Under the pieces are notes generated by a model. That model was given only the letters and a program-made list of their open reading frames with translations, did not search any database and was not told where the DNA came from. Both the position numbers and the translations under genes were made by a program. Shown piece by piece: positions 10,625-21,434 of a DNA stretch of 64,000 bases. Numbering within the stretch: position 1 is the first letter of the stretch; the number at the start of each line of letters is the position of its first letter. The stretch is from an uncultured delta proteobacterium (GTDB lineage: Bacteria; Desulfobacterota; DSM-4660; Desulfatiglandales; HGW-15): the NCBI GenBank assembly GCA_963740905.1, contig CAVUFY010000011.1, positions 124,926 to 188,925 of the forward strand. The letters are read 5' to 3'.

Positions 10625-12007
10625 GGCTTGCTTTCCGGAGGCCGCGGGTTGAGCCACGGCCCGTGTTTGCCGATGAGCTGGTAGGCTTCTTCCGGTCCCC
10701 AGGTTCCCGGCTCGTAAGTATACAAAGGCGTCACGTTGCCCAGGATGCTGTCCACCACCCGCCATTGGGCCTCGACGCTGTCCTCCCGGGCAAAAAGCTC
10801 GGCAGAGCCGCGCATGGCATCGCCCAGCAGACGCTGATACGGTGGCATGTCTTCGGCAGCCTGGCGGACGAAGGTCAACTCCACGTCTTGACCCGCCATC
10901 CGTTCTCCCGGTTTTTTCACCCGCAGTCCCATGGAGAGGGTGATGTCCGGACTGATACGCATCCGCATGTGGCTGGAGAGGACCGGCACGATTTCTCCGA
11001 AGGTCTCACGGGGCGGACGCTTGAACTCAACCATCACCTCCGTGGAGGTCAATGCCAACTTTTTACCGCAGCGTATGAAGATGGGAACTCCGGCCCAACG
11101 CCAGTTGTCGATGGCCACCTTCACGGCCACGAAGGTCTCCACCGTGGAACCGGAGCTGACCCCGGGCACAGAAAGGTAACCGTTATACTGGCCGCGCACC
11201 ACGTCCCCTGGCTTCAGGGGGGTAATGGCTTTGAACAACCGCCCCTTTTCATCCCGGACTGATTCGTGGTCATCACCGGTGTGCGGATCCATGGTCAGGC
11301 TGGCTAGGATCTGCAGCATGTGGTTTTGCAGGACGTCCCGAATGGCGCCGGCCTCGTCGTAGAACTTGCCGCGGTCCTCCACGCCGAAGTCTTCCGCCAT
11401 GGTGATCTGAATACTGCGCACGTAGTGGCGATTCCAGATCGGCTCAAAAATGGGATTGGCAAAGCGAGTGTAGAGGATATTCTGGACCGGCTCTTTGCCC
11501 AGATAGTGGTCGATACGGATAGATGGCCTCTTCCGGGAAGTACTGGTGGAGGATTTTGTTCAACTCCTGCGCGGAGGCCAGATCCCGACCGAAGGGTTTT
11601 TCAAGCACTACCCTGGCGTTGGTGCCGCAGCCCGATTTGGCCAGCCCCTCGGCCACCTCGACGAACATAGTTGGGTGGATGGCCAGGTAATACAACGGCC
11701 TCTCTGCCTTTCCCAATTCCTGGCGCAGTTTTTGATACGTCGCCGGGTCATTATAGTCGCCCTGAACGGCATGCAACAGTCCCGTCAGCTTCTGGAAAGC
11801 CTCCTGATCCAGGGTGCCATGGTGCTCCAGGCTATCCTTGGCGCGCTCCTTGAGCTTGTCAAGGGACCCGGACCGGGACACCCCGATAATGGGCAGATTA
11901 AAGCCTTCTTTCCGGATCAGCCCTTGAAGCGACGGAAATATCTTCTTGTAGGCCAGGTCTCCGGTGGCGCCGAAAAAGACCAGTGTATCCGAAACTGGAG
12001 CCCCCAT
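10621..12007 (-). pseudogene. zwf: Glucose-6-phosphate 1-dehydrogenase, interrupted by a 1-nt frameshift near 11512-11521
   Basis: The N-terminal ORF 11444..12007 carries VFFGATGDLAYKKIFPSL and EKPFGRDL. The C-terminal ORF 10621..11421 carries VRSIQITMAEDFGVEDRGKFYD. The bridging RIDHYLGKEPVQNILYTRFANPIFEPIWNRHY is readable only after removing one C from TATCCGTATC. Confidence 0.85.
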
Positions 12008-13038
12008 CAGCCACCTCCTGCCTTGTCCGGGCTCTTTTCCAGGTGGCCGCCGAATTCATAGCGCATGGCCGACATGAGTTTGTCCGCAAATTCATCTCCG
12101 CCCCGGGAACTGAAGCGGCTGAAGAGCGCCGAGCTGATAACCGGGGCGGGAACACCTTCGTCCACCGCGGCTTGCACCGTCCAGCGTCCTTCGCCCGAAT
12201 CGGATACCCGGCCGGCGAATTTAGACAGGTCCGGGTTGGCTAGTAGCGCGCTGGCCGTCAGATCCAGCAGCCAGGAGCCAATAACGCTGCCGCGCCGCCA
12301 CACTTCGGCCACATCCGGCAGATGGAATTCGTATTGGTACAACTCGGGATGACGCAGCGGCGTGGTCTCCGCATCCACCTCCTGCTGACGCTTCCCGATG
12401 TCGGCATTCTTGATAATATTCAGGCCTTCGGCGAAGGCTGCCATGATGCCGTATTCGATGCCGTTGTGGACCATTTTGACAAAATGCCCGCCGCCGTTGG
12501 GGCCGCAGTGCAGATAGCCGTTCTCCGCGGGGGTCGGCTCCCCTGCGCGGCCAGGGGTGCGCGGGGCCTCGTCCACGCCGGGCGCCAGGGCCTTAAAAAT
12601 GGGGTCCAGGCGCTGGACAGCTTCGACCTCGCCGCCGATCATCATGCAGTAGCCCCGTTCCAGCCCCCAAACCCCGCCGCTGACCCCCACGTCCACATAT
12701 TGGATGCGTTTTTCCTTCAAAGCGGCGGCCCGGCGAATGTCGTCGTGGTAGTAAGAGTTGCCGCCATCTACCACGATGTCACCCGGTTCCAGCAATGAAG
12801 TCAGGTCGTCCAGCACCTTATCCACTGCGGCGGCCGGCACCATCAGCCATACGGCCCGTGGCTTGTCAAGCATTCTGACGAACTCCTTCAGGTCGGTTGT
12901 GCCTTTGGCGCCTTGGTCCACTGCCTCCTTTATGGATTCTTCATGGCGGGCATAAACAACACACGTGTGGCCGGCCTTCATCAAGCGGGTTGCCATGTTG
13001 CCACCCATGCGTCCCGCGCCGATCATTCCCAATTGCAT
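12007..13038 (-). CDS. gnd: 6-phosphogluconate dehydrogenase, decarboxylating (short, about 343-aa form)
   Basis: AAGGAGG precedes ATG 13038. The protein carries MQLGMIGAGRMGGNMA (Rossmann), GGNSYYHDD, and GHFVKMVHNGIEYGIM. Its TGA overlaps the zwf ATG (ATGA at 12005-12009). Confidence 0.85.
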   Translation of the reverse strand: MQLGMIGAGRMGGNMATRLMKAGHTCVVYARHEESIKEAVDQGAKGTTDLKEFVRMLDKPRAVWLMVPAAAVDKVLDDLTSLLEPGDIVVDGGNSYYHDDIRRAAALKEKRIQYVDVGVSGGVWGLERGYCMMIGGEVEAVQRLDPIFKALAPGVDEAPRTPGRAGEPTPAENGYLHCGPNGGGHFVKMVHNGIEYGIMAAFAEGLNIIKNADIGKRQQEVDAETTPLRHPELYQYEFHLPDVAEVWRRGSVIGSWLLDLTASALLANPDLSKFAGRVSDSGEGRWTVQAAVDEGVPAPVISSALFSRFSSRGGDEFADKLMSAMRYEFGGHLEKSPDKAGGG

Positions 13039-13059
13039 GGCAGTCCTCCTTTTGAAAAG

Positions 13060-13290
13060 ATGGGTTCTCCTGCGATCAGCACTGTCCCAGGCCGTCAAAC
13101 AAAGGGACACTTCGCTGCCGGTGCCGATAAGGATCAGATCAGGCTGGCCATCCGGTGGATCGGCCAGCACATAGGCTCCCTTGGCCAAACCGCCGGTCGC
13201 GGTTGATCCATTGAGGGTCGTCAGGGTCGTGGCGCAGGAACCGTTGCCATCAAGAATCACTCTGCTACAACCCGCGCGGCGTAGCATCAT
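13060..13290 (-). pseudogene. tkt: Internal fragment of transketolase, fused in frame upstream of gnd
   Basis: The upstream extension of track ORF 12007..13290 reads ...TGGLAKGAYVLADPPDGQPDLILIGTGSEVSLCLTA. This matches the conserved Tkt block (E. coli TktA, from memory: [28 protein letters not shown]). No N-terminal 500 aa or C-terminal domain is present. Confidence 0.55.
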
Positions 13291-13896
13291 CCAAAAAAAT
13301 TAGAGGCTAATTGGCTTGCCTATAATTCTTCAAAAGTGAACTCTTTCATGAAGATGTACCTCCGCAATAATTCCCATTCTGCCAAACTCATTTTCAGGAT
13401 CAATACACTGCGTACTGTATTTTTGGGCTACAGTCCAGTATTCCTCAATGGGCTTGATGAGAGCATCTCAGATTCCGCCCTACCTCGCTTTTCCTGAGCA
13501 AATACATGGAACGCCCCATTCACTTCGCCATTCGGCTAACTTACGTTTACGCGGAAACGTACCTTTAGCTCGGAAGTGGTCCCTTAAGAGAAGGCGCAGA
13601 AGCAAAAGACGACGGATTTGAGAGAAGAACCGGCTTCCTTTGTAGTATTAGCCTCCCGCGGGTCGATCTTGCAGTTCTTCGAATTCTGTCTCAGAAGTAC
13701 GTTGAGATACGATGTGTGATCGCGGGGTTGGAGGTGGTCTTGCTCTCGAGTTGGCACCGGCCCACCATCTATTTTGCAAACGAGGTATGATATCGGGAGG
13801 AAAGTGCTGCTGAGCAAAAACTAAATTTACTGAGGCGTCTTTGTGGCCAACCTGTCTTCTCCCTGTCACACTTTTTAGATACGAGGTTATTGGCAG

Positions 13897-15219
13897 ATGA
13901 ACGGTCAAGAAAGTGGCATTATGTCCGAGGATCAACATCGAGACACGTCTGCATCCGCTTCAACGGGGCAAGCGGCAGGAGAACCACCTCTCTCGGCTAA
14001 CAGCAAGGACATCGCACCACACCCCCGCAAGCGTCGACGTCGCATGGTCGTCGGTGTCGTGCTGTTTCTTATAATCCTGATTGTTGGCTTGGCCTATTTC
14101 TTTCGCATGAGCAGTCCTTATCGAGAAACGGATGATGCCTATGTTCATGGAAATCAGATTTTCTTGACCTCGCGTGTCACGGGAACAGTCGTAGCCATCA
14201 ACGCCGATGCCACCGACCTCGTGCGAATAGGTCAGCCCCTGGTTCTTTTAGACGACAGCGACGCAAAGGTTCGGTCGCGCCAAGCTGAAGCTACTTTGGG
14301 AGACACGATGCGGAAGGTCTGTCAGTTCTATGTCAACGTCCGTCAGATGAAAGCGAATATTGCTGCAAGAAAAATCGACGTAGCCCGCACCGAAACCGAT
14401 TATCGACGGAGAACCTCTGTGGAGAAGGGTTCCGTTCCGGTAGAGGAAATCTCTCATGCGCGTGAGGGGGCGGATGCGGCCCGGGCTATGCTACAGGTTG
14501 CTAAACAACAACTGACCTCTGCACAGGCACTGGTCGTCAATACGGATTTGGAACATCATCCAATGGTCCTTCAGGCTGCTGCCAATGTTCTGGACGCGTA
14601 TTTGGCCTTGGAGCGAACGATTATCAATGCTCCCGCAACAGGATATGTTGCGCGCCGAAGTGTCCAGATCGGAGAGCGGGTCACACCTGGCGCGCCGTTG
14701 CTCACTATCATACCCTTAGATCAAATTTGGGTGGATGCAAACTTCAAGGAAGAACAACTCAAGGATGTGCGAATCGGCCAGCCCGTGAAGTTGCGCGCGG
14801 ACTTTTATGGTGACTCGGTTGAATACCGGGGTTACGTCGCCGGATTGAGTCCTGGCACCGGCGCTGCATTTGCGATATTACCACCTCAGGAGGCTTCCGG
14901 CAACTGGATCAAAATCGTGCAACGCGTGCCGATACGGATCCATTTGGACGAGAAACAGCTCAAAGAATTCCCCCTTCGCCTCGGCCTTTCCATGCAGGCT
15001 GTTATCGATACCACTAATCGCAGCGGTTCGGTTCTGGCCCAGGTTCCTCCCGAGAAGCCGGTCTATCTCACGAACATTTACTCAGACGAATGGGCAAAAG
15101 CAACTCAGTTGCTACAGGGCCTTTTAAAAACCAACTTGCAAGCATTGTCAAGCCTTGCTGGCCAGTGTTCGGCAAAAGAGGTTCAAGAGAATGCCAAGGG
15201 TAAGACGACCGATAAATGA
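13897..15219 (+). CDS. HlyD/EmrA-family membrane fusion (periplasmic adaptor) protein
   Basis: It has a single N-terminal TM helix (VVGVVLFLIILIVGLAYFF), then DDAYVHGN, a coiled-coil region, and the beta-barrel motifs INAPATGYVARRSVQIGERV. An alternative start is at 13921. Confidence 0.85.
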   Translation: MNGQESGIMSEDQHRDTSASASTGQAAGEPPLSANSKDIAPHPRKRRRRMVVGVVLFLIILIVGLAYFFRMSSPYRETDDAYVHGNQIFLTSRVTGTVVAINADATDLVRIGQPLVLLDDSDAKVRSRQAEATLGDTMRKVCQFYVNVRQMKANIAARKIDVARTETDYRRRTSVEKGSVPVEEISHAREGADAARAMLQVAKQQLTSAQALVVNTDLEHHPMVLQAAANVLDAYLALERTIINAPATGYVARRSVQIGERVTPGAPLLTIIPLDQIWVDANFKEEQLKDVRIGQPVKLRADFYGDSVEYRGYVAGLSPGTGAAFAILPPQEASGNWIKIVQRVPIRIHLDEKQLKEFPLRLGLSMQAVIDTTNRSGSVLAQVPPEKPVYLTNIYSDEWAKATQLLQGLLKTNLQALSSLAGQCSAKEVQENAKGKTTDK

Positions 15220-16822
15220 TGTCAGCATAGTCTCGGAGATGAAAGCACGGCGAACCTCGGGAGCCTTGCTTCTTGCCGAGTTCACAGGGGCAAAAGTCGG
15301 ATTGCTTGGCGCCTTGTGTTTATTGATTTTGCTCGACGGGGCCAATGGCGCCACGAGTTCGACGCTGGGTCCATATTTGATGGGGACCTTTGCAGCCACT
15401 CGTGATCAGATTGCTTGGACCGCTGTTTTCTACTTCGCAACAAAGCTTTATGCACTGCTGCTCGCGTCGCGCGTGCAGGAGCGATTCGGGCAACGAAGCT
15501 CATTGTTGGTAGCTTCCGCCGTCCTCGTCTTGGCCACCGGAGGCAGTGTTCTTGTGAGGGCATTCTTCTCGTTGCTTGTGGTGCGATTTTTTCAAGGCAT
15601 TTCAGGCGGATTGGTGCTAGCCCTCAGCCAAGGCGCGTTGTTGGGTGCGTTTCCACGACGAGAACAGCCATTGGTCCAAGGCGTCTTCGCGCTGGCTGCA
15701 GTCGTGTTTCCAGCAACCATCGTTCCTGCGTTTCTGGGTGGTTACGCCTATGGCTCGATTTGGCAATTTTCATACGTATGGATGACGTTCTGTGGGCTTG
15801 CAGGTTGGCTCTGGCTTTTCTGGAATAGAGAGTTGTTAGGAACCACTACATCAGCGGGCCCGGTACCGATCGGGAGAATTGCCATGTTGGGCAGCTCCCT
15901 TTTGGCGATCGCTTATGTATTGCAACAGGGTGATCGTTACGCATGGCTTGAGTCTCCTTATATCGTCTGGCCCGCATTGCTCGTCCTTGCTTGTTTGCTG
16001 GGACTAGGATTCATGGAATCAAGTGGAGGACCGACCTATTTGCGATATGCTTGCTTCCGGTTTGCTGATTTCACGTTTGGGGTATCCGTAAGTCTGCTTG
16101 CGGGAATGGCCCTCTTTGGCAGCGGGTTCGCTATTCCCAGCTTCACTGGTCGTGTTCTTCAATATCCCGTTTGGCACAGCGGACTCGTCCAACTCCACGC
16201 CGCATTGTATGCCACTCTCTCGCTCTTGGTGGTGGGCGCTGCATTGCGATTTACGAAGATACCATTATTCTTCTTTGTGTTTATCGGTCTGTTACTGTTT
16301 GGCACGGCGATGTGGAATCTTGGGAAAATGCCTTCAAACGCATCCTTTGGCAGTCTTATTCCCTGGTTGATTTTCCGTGGGCTTGCAGTGGGGTGCCTGT
16401 TTCTTCCACTCACTTTGCTCACACTAACCTGCGTGCCTGCAAAAGACAATGTGGCAGCTTCCGGGCTGTTCAATTTCGGCCGACAACTAGGTGCCCTAGT
16501 CGGCGTCGCCTGGATGGAAACTCTCCTGGACCATCTGACGGCCCGAAACCAGTCGGTGTTGGGCGAAGCGCTGTCGTGGTTGAATCCCCAAGTTGCGGTT
16601 TATGGGCAGACCGTACAGAACGCGCTTATGCTGAATGGAACACCAGCACCGCAGGTTTCAGGGACAGCTCTGGCGCTCATGGTTCAGGAAGCTCAGCGCC
16701 AGATGGCTAGCGTCGCGTTCAGTGGTTGCTTTCAGACTCTGGCCATGCTCTTTGTCTTCAGCCTGCCGTTGGTCGTGCTTGCACGTGTGCTGACCGCGCG
16801 TTTCCTTAAAGAGGCGTCATGA
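15155..16822 (+). CDS. MFS transporter, DHA2/EmrB-like (14-TM type)
   Basis: It is a multi-TM hydrophobic protein of about 530 aa, translationally linked to the EmrA-like gene and followed by an outer-membrane factor (OMF). The true start is uncertain; candidates are 15191 and 15239. Confidence 0.75.
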   Translation: MLASVRQKRFKRMPRVRRPINDVSIVSEMKARRTSGALLLAEFTGAKVGLLGALCLLILLDGANGATSSTLGPYLMGTFAATRDQIAWTAVFYFATKLYALLLASRVQERFGQRSSLLVASAVLVLATGGSVLVRAFFSLLVVRFFQGISGGLVLALSQGALLGAFPRREQPLVQGVFALAAVVFPATIVPAFLGGYAYGSIWQFSYVWMTFCGLAGWLWLFWNRELLGTTTSAGPVPIGRIAMLGSSLLAIAYVLQQGDRYAWLESPYIVWPALLVLACLLGLGFMESSGGPTYLRYACFRFADFTFGVSVSLLAGMALFGSGFAIPSFTGRVLQYPVWHSGLVQLHAALYATLSLLVVGAALRFTKIPLFFFVFIGLLLFGTAMWNLGKMPSNASFGSLIPWLIFRGLAVGCLFLPLTLLTLTCVPAKDNVAASGLFNFGRQLGALVGVAWMETLLDHLTARNQSVLGEALSWLNPQVAVYGQTVQNALMLNGTPAPQVSGTALALMVQEAQRQMASVAFSGCFQTLAMLFVFSLPLVVLARVLTARFLKEAS

Positions 16823-18294
16823 AAAGAACATGTTTCGGGAAGAAGAAGTCTGCTTTGGTCATCTTCCAAATGGCTATGCGCGCTATTTTGCTTCTTGGAT
16901 TGCTACCCGGTTGTACGGTCGGACCGGATTATCACCAACCGCACCTTCCCTCACCCTCTTCGTGGAGTTCTCCCATGGAAGGCGGTGAAACCAACGCTCA
17001 GCCCGTCGACGGCGCTTGGTGGAAAACCTTCCAAGACCCCAAACTGGATTCTCTCATTCTGCGCGCTGTTCAGTCGAATTTGGTTTTGCGCGTAGCCGAG
17101 GCGCGAATAAGAGAAGCCCGTGCGCAACGCGGTGTGGTCGCGTCGGGTGAAGGGCCTAGCATTGAAGTCCGAGGTTCGTATTCGCGAAATCGCTTCGGCA
17201 AAAACGGATTCCCTCCCCTGCCGCCGGGCGCGCCTCTGGATTACAATCTATACGCCGTGGGCTTCGATGCTTCGTGGGAACTTGACCTGTTCGGAGGCAT
17301 CCGCCGGGCCGTTGAGAGTGCTAACGCGGGAATTGCGGCGGCGGAATTTGGGTATGACGATGTGTTACGTTCCTTGTTGGGTGAGGTTGCTCGGAATTAT
17401 ATCGAGGCAAGAGCGTTTCAACGACGGCTGGCGATCACACACGAAAACATTCAGGCCCAACAGCGGATCGTCAATCTGACGCGCGACCGGTATCAAGCCG
17501 GGCTGACCTCCGAATTGGACGTGCAGCAGGCCGAGGCATTGCTGGCGACAACGACTTCGCAAGCCCCAACTTTCGAAACCGGTTTTCGGAACGCCACATA
17601 CCGGCTCGATGTTTTGTTGGGTCAGCCCACAGGGGATGTGTTGAATGACCTCTTGGAAGAGGTCCCCATTCCGGCCATACCGCCACAGGTTCCTGTTGGA
17701 TTACCTTCCGATTTGTTGCTTCGCAGACCGGACGTCCGACGCGCCGAGAGAGAGTTGGCCGCTGCAACCGCCCGGATAGGCGTAGCCAAAGCCGACTTGT
17801 TTCCCCGATTCTCGCTAACCGGTGACATTGGTCTAGTGAGCCTAAACGTCAGCGATTGGTGGAGCGCAGGGAGCCGGTTTTGGTCAGCGGGGCCGGTCGT
17901 GTCCTGGCCGGTTTTCCAGTCCGGCCGTATACGGGCAAATGTGCTCGTGCAAGAGACCCGAGAAGAGCAGGCGCTCGCTCAATATCAACAAAGTGTTCTG
18001 ATTGCTTTTGAGGATGTAGATTCAGCCCTGACGGCTTACGCCAAGGAACAAATCCGCCGCCGATCGCTTGTGCAATCAGTCCAAGCCAATAAAAGGGCGC
18101 TGAAACTGGCTGACGATTTGTATCGTCATGGGCTCACCGATTTCATTCGCGTGTTGGAGTCTCAACGCGGACTCTACCAGGCTGAGGATTCATTGGTCCA
18201 GAGCGATCAATTCGTGGCCTTGAATCTGGTGGCTCTTTATAAAGCCCTGGGAGGCGGATGGGGAGTGGATGAGGCGGGCGGATTGGCTCAATAG
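16819..18294 (+). CDS. Efflux outer-membrane factor lipoprotein, NodT family
   Basis: The lipobox is LLPGC followed by TVGPDY. It carries DLFGGIRR and the two OEP repeats. Its start overlaps the stop of the MFS gene. Confidence 0.85.
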   Translation: MKRTCFGKKKSALVIFQMAMRAILLLGLLPGCTVGPDYHQPHLPSPSSWSSPMEGGETNAQPVDGAWWKTFQDPKLDSLILRAVQSNLVLRVAEARIREARAQRGVVASGEGPSIEVRGSYSRNRFGKNGFPPLPPGAPLDYNLYAVGFDASWELDLFGGIRRAVESANAGIAAAEFGYDDVLRSLLGEVARNYIEARAFQRRLAITHENIQAQQRIVNLTRDRYQAGLTSELDVQQAEALLATTTSQAPTFETGFRNATYRLDVLLGQPTGDVLNDLLEEVPIPAIPPQVPVGLPSDLLLRRPDVRRAERELAAATARIGVAKADLFPRFSLTGDIGLVSLNVSDWWSAGSRFWSAGPVVSWPVFQSGRIRANVLVQETREEQALAQYQQSVLIAFEDVDSALTAYAKEQIRRRSLVQSVQANKRALKLADDLYRHGLTDFIRVLESQRGLYQAEDSLVQSDQFVALNLVALYKALGGGWGVDEAGGLAQ

Positions 18295-18551
18295 CCGTTT
18301 CCTTCAAACGAGCCCCACATCAAGGGTAGTTTGCTATTGACATGAAATACATCCTCTTGCAGCCAGATATAAAGTATTGATCGTATTTACCTTTCGGATA
18401 ACGCCGGGCAAGAATTCTTTCTCCGAGAATAGCGATAAGATGTTCTCAGAATGGGCTTTTTCCGCCGGTCAAGAGAAAACCATGCGTCACACTGCGAAAG
18501 GAATTATTGCAGCCTTCCTGGAATGGGTGGCTGTTTTGAAGAGACCGACTG

Positions 18552-19853
18552 ATGCGAAAAGAGAATAACAAGCGCATCTCCGAAACACTCCAGAAAGATA
18601 TGGAAAAGAAGGTGGAGTATCTGAAAAGACTGATGGAAATGTCTGCCCTATTATCATCGACACTCGAACTTGACGACTTAATATCCCTCGTCACCGAAAG
18701 AGCGAAGAGTCACCTGAAGGCTGAGGGATGTTCCATCCTGTTTTACAACAAAGAGACCAACAGGCTTGAGTTTAAGGGGGCAATTTGCGAAAACGGGAAG
18801 GGTTCCGGGATCCAGCAGAAGGAAGGCACTCTCGAAATCGGACAGGGCATCGCGGGCTCGGTCGCTGAGACCCTTCAGCCGGTTTTCATAGAAGACGTGC
18901 AGACTGACAGCAAGTTTCATCAGGAAGCCGACAGGTTTTCGGGATTTCCGATAAGAAGTCTCATGGCTATGCCGCTTGTAGGCAGAAGCGGTCTCATCGG
19001 CGTCGTGGAGATACTCAATCCCAGGAAGGAGGATTATGACCCGGAGATCGCTCAGCTTCTCGCCAGGCAATTTGCGACAGCGATAGAGAGTTCGCTTTTC
19101 CATAGGGAGGCTCTCGAGAGGGAGCGGCTCAAGCAGGAACTTGATATAGCGTCCACTCTTCAGAAGAGTTTTCTCCCGGAATCATCTACCTTTAGAACAG
19201 GTGACCTGTCGGTCAGCGCCGTGACCCTGTCCGCCGAAAAGGTCGGAGGCGACCTGTATGATTTCATTGAACGAGACGGGAACAGGGTCGGGATACTGAT
19301 AGGAGATGTCTCCGGGAAGGGGATATCCGCAGCCCTGTATATGGCAAAATTCAGCAGCGATTTCAAGTACGTATCCCGTCTTGCTGATTCACCGTCCCTC
19401 GCGCTTAACCGGTTGAACCTCTCTCTCCTCAAGTCACCGCGAGGAATGTTCCTAACATGTATTTACCTTTTGGTCGATATCGCGACCGGTGCTGCTCAAC
19501 TCTCCGTTGCCGGCCATCCGCCCTTCCTGTGGATAACGAAAGGACAGATGAAGGTCATGTCTGTTCCGGGGGGGCCGCCCCTCGGAATTATTCCCAGCGA
19601 ATATCCCGCAACGACGATATCACTCGAAAAAGGTGATAGGCTAGTCCTCCTTACAGACGGCGTCTTCGAGGCGAGGGACAAGGGCGGGCAGAGGCTCGGC
19701 TTTGAAAACCTTGTCAGCTTCATAGACTCACACCGAAAAGAGGAAGATCTCGTCAATAGAATGATTCATTATGTTGATGATTTCTCGAAAGGTGCCGAAA
19801 GGGCAGACGACCTCACAATCGTAGAACTCAAATGGGGGGTGAGCTCAGATTAA
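18552..19853 (+). CDS. GAF domain-containing PP2C/SpoIIE-type serine phosphatase (RsbU/RsbP-like)
   Basis: The N-terminal GAF domain carries GIAGSVAETLQPVFIEDV and LMAMPL. The C-terminal PPM domain carries GGDLYDF, IGDVSGKGISAALYMA, LLTDGVFEA, DDLTIVEL. Confidence 0.85.
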   Translation: MRKENNKRISETLQKDMEKKVEYLKRLMEMSALLSSTLELDDLISLVTERAKSHLKAEGCSILFYNKETNRLEFKGAICENGKGSGIQQKEGTLEIGQGIAGSVAETLQPVFIEDVQTDSKFHQEADRFSGFPIRSLMAMPLVGRSGLIGVVEILNPRKEDYDPEIAQLLARQFATAIESSLFHREALERERLKQELDIASTLQKSFLPESSTFRTGDLSVSAVTLSAEKVGGDLYDFIERDGNRVGILIGDVSGKGISAALYMAKFSSDFKYVSRLADSPSLALNRLNLSLLKSPRGMFLTCIYLLVDIATGAAQLSVAGHPPFLWITKGQMKVMSVPGGPPLGIIPSEYPATTISLEKGDRLVLLTDGVFEARDKGGQRLGFENLVSFIDSHRKEEDLVNRMIHYVDDFSKGAERADDLTIVELKWGVSSD

Positions 19854-19857
19854 AGAT

Positions 19858-20286
19858 GTGGTTAAAATCACGGTCCCTTCTCATCCGAAATATCTGGCTC
19901 TGGTGAGGGCGGTAACGGTCGGAATGGGGGCCCGAAATAACGTTGACGATACGGTAATCAAGCATATGGAACATGCCGTTGACGAGGCATGTTCAAATGT
20001 CATCAAGCACGCTTACGCAGGAAACCCGAACAAAAAGATTGGGATAACACTCAGGGTCTCACAGGCGGCCTTCGAAGTGATTATCGAGGACAGCGGGGTC
20101 AAGGCCGACGTCCCCTCTGTCAGGGGAAGGAATCTCGATGATCTAAGACCGGGAGGACTCGGAGTTCATTTAATCAAAAGGGCTTGTGACATCGTCGAGT
20201 TCGATGAACAAAAGAAGAAGGGTAACCGGCTCAGGCTCGTCAAGTATCTCCAGGAGAACCATGGAAATAGAAATCAGGGACCATGA
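19858..20286 (+). CDS. Anti-sigma-factor-type serine protein kinase (RsbW/SpoIIAB-like, HATPase_c)
   Basis: GTG start, 4 nt after the phosphatase stop. The N-box is EACSNVIKHAY, G1 is IEDSGV, G2 is GGLGVHLIKR. Confidence 0.8.
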   Translation: MVKITVPSHPKYLALVRAVTVGMGARNNVDDTVIKHMEHAVDEACSNVIKHAYAGNPNKKIGITLRVSQAAFEVIIEDSGVKADVPSVRGRNLDDLRPGGLGVHLIKRACDIVEFDEQKKKGNRLRLVKYLQENHGNRNQGP

Positions 20287-20590
20287 CGGTGCAAAGATCA
20301 TTGCAGTCTCCGGCGATATCGATATGTATACGTCCCCTGAGTTGAGAAAACAGTTGCTCCTCCTGAGTGATCAAAAGCTTCCAGTGATCATCATTGACCT
20401 TGAGAACGTCACTTATATCGACAGTTCGGGGATCGCGACTTTTGTCGAAGCATTGAAACATATGAGATCATACAGCGGTCGATTGAAATTCTTCGGCATA
20501 CCTATGAGAATAAAGCAGATATTCACCTTTTCAAAACTGGACAAGGTTTTCGAAATGTACGGGGGTATCGAAGATGCCCTCAAAAGCTGA
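20261..20590 (+). CDS. STAS-domain anti-sigma-factor antagonist (RsbV/SpoIIAA-like), a possible MlaB analogue
   Basis: MEIEIRDHDGAKIIAVSGDIDMYTSPELRKQL...VTYIDSSGIATFVEAL carries the phosphorylatable DSSG motif. The gene overlaps the kinase gene by 26 nt and mlaE by 17 nt. Confidence 0.85.
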   Translation: MEIEIRDHDGAKIIAVSGDIDMYTSPELRKQLLLLSDQKLPVIIIDLENVTYIDSSGIATFVEALKHMRSYSGRLKFFGIPMRIKQIFTFSKLDKVFEMYGGIEDALKS

Positions 20591-21380
20591 GACTCTCCTC
20601 GGTTTTATCGGCAGGAGGGCAATGCACTTCGGGGAGGATATCCACGGCTTCTCGAAGCTCATCAATGATACGATTCACTGGACGATCATTTCCGTCCTTA
20701 AGCACCAGCGAATGCAATTCAGGGCAGACATATCCGAAATGGTCAAGGCTGGATATAATGCCGTGCCGATCGTAGCGGTGATTTCTCTTTTCATCGGGAT
20801 TATCCTTGCTCTCCAGGCGGCATACCAGCTCAGGAGGGTTGGGGCGTTGATCTACGTGGCAAACCTTGTCGGGGTTTCGATGACGAGGGAACTCGGTCCT
20901 ATACTGACGGCGATCATCGTAGCCGGACGTAGCGGGTCGGCATTTTCCGCTGAGATCGGGGCGATGAAGGTGGAAGAAGAAGTGGATGCGCTTGTCACGA
21001 TGGGGATCAGTCCTGTGAAGTTCCTCGTCGTGCCGAAGCTGGTTGCAATGATGATCATGGTCCCAGCCCTCACTCTCTTTTCGGACTTGGTCGGGATCTT
21101 TGGCGGTTTTCTTTTTTCCGCAACTGCGCTTGACATGCCTCCTTACATCTATTTTCAGCAAACCCAGAACTCACTGCTGATTAAGGATATTCTCACGGGG
21201 CTTATAAAGGCATGGGCTTTCGGCACCGCAATAACACTCATAGGCGTCAACGAAGGATTCAAGGTGCAGGGGAGCGCGGTGGAAGTAGGGAGAAACACCA
21301 CCGCAGCCGTCGTGAATTCGATTTTTGTCGTCATCATGTTTGACCTCCTGTTTACGGCCTTTTTTTACTATTTTACGTGA
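20574..21380 (+). CDS. mlaE: MlaE-family ABC transporter permease
   Basis: VGVSMTRELGPILTAIIVAGRSGSAFSAEIGAMKVEEEVDALVTMGISP is the hallmark MlaE/Ttg2B block. Confidence 0.85.
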   Translation: MPSKAETLLGFIGRRAMHFGEDIHGFSKLINDTIHWTIISVLKHQRMQFRADISEMVKAGYNAVPIVAVISLFIGIILALQAAYQLRRVGALIYVANLVGVSMTRELGPILTAIIVAGRSGSAFSAEIGAMKVEEEVDALVTMGISPVKFLVVPKLVAMMIMVPALTLFSDLVGIFGGFLFSATALDMPPYIYFQQTQNSLLIKDILTGLIKAWAFGTAITLIGVNEGFKVQGSAVEVGRNTTAAVVNSIFVVIMFDLLFTAFFYYFT

Positions 21381-21434
21381 AGTCTCGTCGGAATTGCCCA
21401 AGGGCAAATATTTGTAAAATGGAGTGCGGGGGAA

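Noticed and set aside
13752-13778. TGGCAC...TTGCA, which looks like a sigma-54 promoter upstream of the EmrA-like gene. Other TGGCAC hits lie at 31441 and 44046.
   Set aside because: The GG-to-GC spacing is about 23 nt instead of 12 at 13752. The other two lack a TTGC element at the -12 position.
13291-13896. A 600-bp AT-richer non-coding gap between the tkt fragment and the efflux operon. It contains a 46-codon start-less frame (…PIEEYWTVAQKYSTQCIDPENEFGRMGIIAEVHLHERVHF*).
   Set aside because: It shows no recognisable family, start codon, repeats or RNA motif. It is probably degraded sequence at an island junction, but nothing specific can be claimed.
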